64,000 nt of DNA from Octopus sinensis. Taxonomy: Eukaryota. Position numbers and translations under genes: made by a program. The notes under the pieces were generated by a model that searched no databases, was not told the origin of the DNA, and saw only the letters and a program-made list of their open reading frames with translations. The first letter of the stretch is position 1; every line of letters starts with the position of its first letter. Positions 57,598 to 64,000 of the stretch are shown here, one piece after another. The DNA is taken from positions 14,198,001 to 14,262,000 of the forward strand of contig NC_042998.1 of assembly GCF_006345805.1 (NCBI RefSeq), in the 5' to 3' direction.

Positions 57598-58347
57598 TTC
57601 TATTTATGAATATATGTATGTATGTAAACATGCATATGCACACAGGAGTTTCACGTGTGTATAAAACATGGTGTAAACACTGACAATGACCTTGGAACAT
57701 TGAAGAAATAGATTATCTACATTCACAAAGCCCATTTTATAGATTCGCTATTTTTGTCTAAACGCATGGAGGGTCTATTCTGTAATTCTCGAAACTTTGG
57801 GCGCATATACATACACGAACAAATATGAATGTGTGTATATATATACAGCCATATTCATACATGCACATGCACACACACACTCGCGCGCACACACAAACAC
57901 CGGTCAGTATATACATATATATAAATTACAATATGATATTATGTAAAAACTTTCTAATATACAAAGTAATTGGAACGTGCATCTGGAGGCGTTTGCAAAA
58001 TGTTTTGGGAGAAATGACATTTGCCTGAATTCCAGAATGTTCGATATTTAATGAGTTGTTTATTGTGAAACGTCTATAACCGTTAGACGAGAGATATTTC
58101 ACTTTACCAGTTTAGTTTGATTCTAAACTCACTGGTAATAAAACCATTAATATTTCTATGTGTTTACAAGTGGTATGTTGATGGTGAAATTTAAGATTCA
58201 GTTTGGCAGCCTATGAAATTTTGGAGTCGAAAATGTTTAGTAAAAATTTGAATAATGAGTTCAAATTACCTTATGTTGGAGACAAGTCAATTCTATATTT
58301 GTATATATATATATATATGTATGTACATACATATATGTGTGGTTGTC

Positions 58348-58404
<57 letters not shown>

Positions 58405-58521
58405 TATATTTTCATACATACTATATATGTGACCGCGTGTGTAGCGTTGTTGATTTTCTTTCTCCGTCTTCCCTTCTTTTTCTATATTTCTGATGAAGAG
58501 CCCGTCGTATATATATATACA

Positions 58522-58744
58522 CACTAATCCCTCGACTATCGCGGGTGTTACGTTCAAAACCCTCCCGCGAAAGGTGAAAATCCACGAAGTAGAAAACGTA
58601 CTCTACTGTATATATTTTTGTTTCTGTAATTTGTATATATTTATTTTATTATAAATGCAAAAGAACACCACAGAAGAATCGACGTGACGTAAACTTAAAT
58701 GATAAACCGCGAAAGGGGAACCGTGATATGGCGAGGAATTAGTG
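58522..58744. mobile_element. pogo/Tigger-like MITE inserted in a SINE A linker (SINE 3' half 58760-58970)
   Basis: TIRs cactaatccctcg / cgaggaattagtg with internal ccgcgaaagg repeats. Confidence 0.8.
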
Positions 58745-59639
58745 CATGTATGTATATATTTGATTGTCTGTGTTTGTCCCTACTCGCAACCATCGCTTGA
58801 CAACCGATGTTGGTGTGTTTACGTCCCCTTAGCGGTTCGGCAATAGAGACCTATAGAATAAGTACTAAGCTTACAAAGAATAAGTCCTGGGGTCGATTTC
58901 ATCGAGTAATGGCGGTGCTCCAGCATGGCTGCAGTCAAATGAGTGACACAAGTAAAAGAATAAAAGAATGTATGTATAAACGCGCGCGACCATGTGTCCG
59001 CGTCGTGCATTATACGCAGTATGCATTTTCACAGTTTCTCTCTACCAAATTCCACCCACAGGATATTGAAGGGCTTGGGGTGTGAATCAAACATTAACCA
59101 CAGAGCCATGAATACTTTTGTGAATTACGCTCGATTAAAATGAATCAAGGTGTAGCCTGTTAGGTTCACGTGTGTTTTATTATTGCACTTTATTATTGCG
59201 TGTGTGTTTGTGTATATATGTATCTGGGTGTGCATGAGAGTGCACGATGCTGATTCAGTTAGTTCCTATCCTCACAGTTGAAATTTTTACAATTCTAATC
59301 TGTAAGGTTAGTAAATCTGATCAATGAATTAATACAGGAAACATTGACGCCAGCCAAACAGAGGCAGGTTGTTATCTACCTTTTCACATCTCTGTTTCGT
59401 TTGTTTCGCTGTTGATGCCATATCACGATTTTCTACTGTATTCCGTATCTTTTTGTTTTGTTTCTCTTTAATGCATTTTTGCATCACCTGCTATCTTTCT
59501 TGATGCTTGTCTTATCTCAAGATGTATTCGATGCTTACCTAACCAAATTTTTTATATATATATTGGTAGGTGTATAGATTTTTTTATTTATGTACGTAAT
59601 CTGTTTAAATATGAATCTCTATTCTCGCTCATGCCCGAT

Positions 59640-60480
59640 ATGCAACAAAAGCATCTCAAAAATATATTATCAGCTGATTTCAGCACTTTGCAAAAATATT
59701 AAGCCAAATATCATGTGATAAGTTACCCCTGATGTATAAATAAAGAATATCCCTAGCGAGTCACAGGTGCAATAAGTTGCATCACAAATCTAACACCAAA
59801 ACAGTGACGTTTGTAGAAAAAATGTTGACACCATAATGATGTGTAATTTTGAAGAGTCGTTGAACAAAATAAACAAATAAAAATAATATCAAGAAAATGA
59901 GTCTAACTTCAAGAGAAAAGAACTGAAAATGTTTAACAAAAGCAGTTATCTTCAGGACAAAAACAACGTTTCGAGCTGGTAATATGGAAACTCAATTTTC
60001 TACATCGGCATGACAGAAAGCAATTTTACAAACAGATTTCCCAACCATGGATCCACCAATAGGAAAGAGGAAAATATAATTCTTATAGTCTTATGCAGTC
60101 ATGAATGAACTGATGGGATTTACTCATTTTGTTTTTGACTGTTAATCACTAAACACATCACACGTTGTATGTTTTTATACAAAGAGAATTAAACAAGACA
60201 CTATAGAGAAAGTTCATCTAATAACAAAACAAACCAATATCCTAAACAAAAGAATTGAAACAATATCGAAATTTCATAAAAGTGATTTTTACCAGACCAA
60301 TTACAACGCCAAAATAGAACTTTTAATATGTATATTGGATGTAAACAAAACAGCCAAGTGGAAGCTTAGAATGAGCTGTCCCGTGGCACTGGAGGCCAAC
60401 AACAATTCTGTAGGCGGTTCAAAAGTTCTCGGCTGGAATGTCGTCTGATGACTGCTTCGCCTTCGCAAAATTTCAACGAA
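59640..60480 (+). mobile_element. Decayed Penelope-like element with hammerhead remnant
   Basis: YIGMTESNFTNRFPNH (60001-60048), ILNKRIETISK; tcgt-CTGATGA-ctgc...gca-aaatttca-acga at 60441-60479. Confidence 0.7.
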
Positions 60481-60962
60481 CAGAAAAACATGTTATGTCA
60501 ATAATATATTTAATCTGTTAAACGTATTAAATATTCTTTAGTTTATATATTCTTACTTCAAAATAAAACTGCAATATATACACACACATCTAACTATCTA
60601 ACAATATATATATATGAAGAGAGAGAGAGAGAAAGAAAGACATGCAGACATATAAATGGAGAGACAGATAGATAACTTTCTTTATTGGCCACACAGGGCT
60701 GAACGCAGAGGGGACAAATACAAATGTAGAGCTTTTCTTTTCGAAGATGGAAAAAGAAAAAGAAAAAAAGAGAAAACAGGTGATTAAAAGGGATCGTGTA
60801 TCACAGAAAGATTTTTTTAAGTAAGAAACAAAATTAGGTTCATCTGTGGAAAGAAAAGCCTACAGAAAAGACCACGGTAACCACAGGCAGGGAGGAAATA
60901 AATACATGAGAGCGAAGTGCTCTCTCTCTCTCTCTCTCTCTCTCTTTTGCGATTTACAGGAT

Positions 60963-61023
<61 letters not shown>

Positions 61024-61149
61024 CTACATATATTATCTAGCTAGCAGTACGTTTTTGCATGCCTGTCTCTCTTTCTTTACGTGTACGGAATTCAGACTTT
61101 TGTGTGTCCTGTTGGATGTTTACGAGCATCATCGCCACACAGCCACTAC

Positions 61150-62300
61150 TACATCCACGCATAACACCTGCAAAACTAACTTTCCATACGATGAGAAAAT
61201 TATCGGTTCCTCATCTGGGAATTGAGCTGCATTAATTTATAACTCCTGATAGCTCCATTTATCATTATTATTTTTCCCCAAACGCTTGTGTCAATACTTC
61301 TTAATCGGCTAGGAGTTTATAACTTCATATCTTTTTCTCATGTTCCCGGCTGTCATATTTATTTCTCTTAATATTTTTGCTTTTTCCTTGTATTGTTTTT
61401 GTGTTTTGTGTGTGTAAATGTAAGGAGGATTCGTATTTGTTTTTCTTCTGTCTTCATTCAATATATAACCGAATACTTATTTGAAATCCTTCAATCTAAT
61501 TAAATCTAATACAACTGAGTAGTATTTCAAGGAAACGTTTCGTTATTTGCTAGTAGTGTCTGAATTTCAAATCTGATGAGCGATTCACATTCGCTATATA
61601 TATATAAAGAAAATATAACTAAATGAAATTATATTGAAACTTAATATATAAATTTTAAGTTGTTTTTCTTTTTAAAATTATGTTTTTAAATTCGATAGAT
61701 ATAATTTCATTTGGAGCGCAGATAGCATTTAAATTGGATAAAGTCTATTTCATATATTTATATAAATTAAATAAATATACAAGCCTGATACTCGACATAT
61801 TATATATAAATCACCGCTATGTTTGTTTCAATATTCGGATAACAAGATTGATCGTACTTATTTTGATTTTGCCGAGAGGAAGTCTGAGCTGGTGATTTGG
61901 TTTAACTTAGAGATAGCTTTTCTGAAAATACTTTTTTCCGATAACAAAGTCAGTTTGCTGATGGTGTTTTCTAAATGGCTTTTATTCTTTGATTCTTTTT
62001 GTCAGATATTTCTTGACTAGTGACAGAGGAGAAGAAAAGTTATCCCCAAACCAGAAACCTCACTTAAGTGAACTCTGGCTATGTTATCCAATATATCAGG
62101 GGGCGTTGCTTAATTGGACATTGAATTAAGTCTACGACCCCAGAAAGCATTTGGTGGGTTTTGAACTCAAAAGACAAGATCTGTGAAAGGTAACGTAAGG
62201 CGTCTCGTCTGACTTTCTCACAGCTCCAAGAATCCCCTGCTTCAGAATTGTAATTTTAACCGATCCGATAAGATGTGAACATCTTTTAAGAAACTTAAGA
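61150..62300 (-). mobile_element. Very decayed Penelope-like remnant
   Basis: Minus-strand ISKL...SIFRKAI and KHNFKKKNNLK...IISFSY echo PLE thumb/linker motifs. Confidence 0.4.
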
Positions 62301-62789
62301 TTTTCAAGACTACCTCGTTTAGTTAAATGGAAACCATCCAAGTAAACTTTTACAGAAACACGGTGATAATATAAGTATCAAGTTGTCACGAAGAAGTCTC
62401 ATATGGCCTACTGGAAATATGGCCTACTGGAAATAGCAGCCAAATATCCCCCAAACTTCGTGCTACTATCTTAAAAATGGACGAATGTACTGGAAAACGC
62501 AGTGGCAGTCCTGGATATAACACCAACAATTATTCTGGAATGGTCTAATCTAGAGCGCTTGTTGGACTGAACAGCAACATCAGAGCACTTGATTTCTCCT
62601 CCTTCATATTGTATGTTATTGCTACGTTATTTAAATACACAAAATAGTATTAACATGACAGCTCTGTTACATTCATATATCCAAGACAACCGAGAATATC
62701 CACAAGCACACACAGACTGAATGACATCTCCAGTCAAGTATACACAAGCATTACAGGCCAGTTATAAACATAGGGTGTATTTAACGCAC

Positions 62790-63010
62790 TATTGTCCGAA
62801 CACGGCCACTGAGGAAAAAATTGCAAAAATGGAGATGGTAATTAGGATTATAGAGGAGGGCGATTTAACGCGTGCCAGGCATGGAGTGTATATTCATAGA
62901 CATACAAAATTATAAAAAATTAAAGGTAAGCTTTGTCGATGATGTGAACCCACTATGTCGGGAAGCAAGATACGATTGTCTACCACATGTGAAAGAATTT
63001 GAACAATTGA
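62790..63010 (+). pseudogene. Possible pogo-type transposase N-terminal (HTH_psq) remnant
   Basis: TEEKIAKMEMVIRIIEEGDLTRARHGVYIHRHTKL*KIKG...SGSKIRLSTTCERI fits the psq HTH plus GxxxxLxxxxE pattern loosely. Confidence 0.35.
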
Positions 63011-63033
63011 GACCATATTTTATATACTTAGAT

Positions 63034-63240
63034 TAAGGCGGCGAGCTGGCAGAAATGTTAGCACGCCAGGTGAAATGCGTAGCTATATTTAGTCTGCCGT
63101 TACGTTCTGAGTTCAAATTCCGCCGAGGTCGATAAATTAAGAACCAGTTATGCAATGGGGGCGATATAATCGACTTAATCCGTTTGTCTGTCCTTGTTTG
63201 TCCTATTTGTGTTTAGCCCCTTGTGGGTAGTAAAGAAATA
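63034..63240 (+). mobile_element. SINE family C (internal deletion) with AT-rich TSD
   Basis: aaggcggcgagctggcagaaa...gccccttgtgggtagtaaagaaata; flanks atattttatata(ct/t)ta. Confidence 0.85.
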
Positions 63241-64000
63241 TATTTTATATATTAAGATATGCTAAAGTGATAAATGTTGGTATAAGAAAGAGGAAAAAAA
63301 TATAGGTAAAATGGTACTACTCGAAAGTGGGGGTCCGAGTAGCATTATACCTTTATCCATTATTTTATTCTATTTCATTCATTCGTTTTTTTTATGTCCC
63401 CACTTGTACTGTATTGTCTGTCATAGTTCGTCCCCTCTAAGTTGTCCCCTAGTGATAATAAAAAAATAACGTCTGTTACATTCATTCAGTGCTTCATATG
63501 GTAAATAGTTGAAATTCTTTCAAAGACAAAAAGAAAAAAAGAAAATTATGAAACAAAGAGATATCTTTTAAGCTCTCAGTATCTGTAAAACTTAGTAAAT
63601 ATTTCAGTAAAACATATATGAATGTAGTATAACATTCATTGAATACAAAGTAAAATATAACAACTATGAGGTTTTCTTAAAGTGGTACAAAGTGACAAAA
63701 TCCCTAAAATGGACAATTGAACTGAATACAGTATAAGCTTGGTAAGACGGCTAATTGGTACAAAGTTTTAATGGGTGGTTCGAATCCTACGTGGTATTCT
63801 GTTTTTCTGCGCTATAAGTTTGAGACTCACCGAGATCGACTTTCATCCTCTTGAGAGTCGACAAATAAATGTCTAGTCCAGGCCAGTGCACTGACGGAAT
63901 TGCCACAGCGTTTGATTGGATATCTCAGGCTACTGATCGATTCATCAATTTCTAACAGCAACGAGGGTAACGACAGTGATATTAAGCTGTATTGGCATTT

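Noticed and set aside
62401-62436. Short direct duplications (atatggcctactggaa x2; also attctgatgttataatc x2 at 30677-30712)
   Set aside because: Ordinary slippage duplications with no further structure

Overview
AT-rich eukaryotic DNA, almost certainly octopus (coleoid cephalopod), judging by the SINE families and the (TA)n/(TAA)n/(GATA)n load. It looks intergenic or deep-intronic and has one 100-N scaffold gap. No intact protein-coding gene can be supported. Most ORF-track entries are microsatellite or SINE artefacts. The window holds decayed Penelope-like retroelements (PLEs; RT plus GIY-YIG) with minimal hammerhead-ribozyme motifs, mariner/Tc1, Chapaev3 and pogo/Tigger DNA-transposon relics, and RTE and R4/Dong LINE 3' ends. 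It also holds three tRNA-derived SINE families (several with clean TSDs), a solitary 5S rRNA copy and an ~830-bp tandem duplication. The most striking unexplained structure is the density of local inverted repeats (27-366 bp arms), many abutting TA tracts and some carrying hammerhead-like cores. A few splice-acceptor-led segments on the minus strand (one MATH-domain-like) may be host exons. All alignments were done by eye, so edges of decayed elements are approximate.
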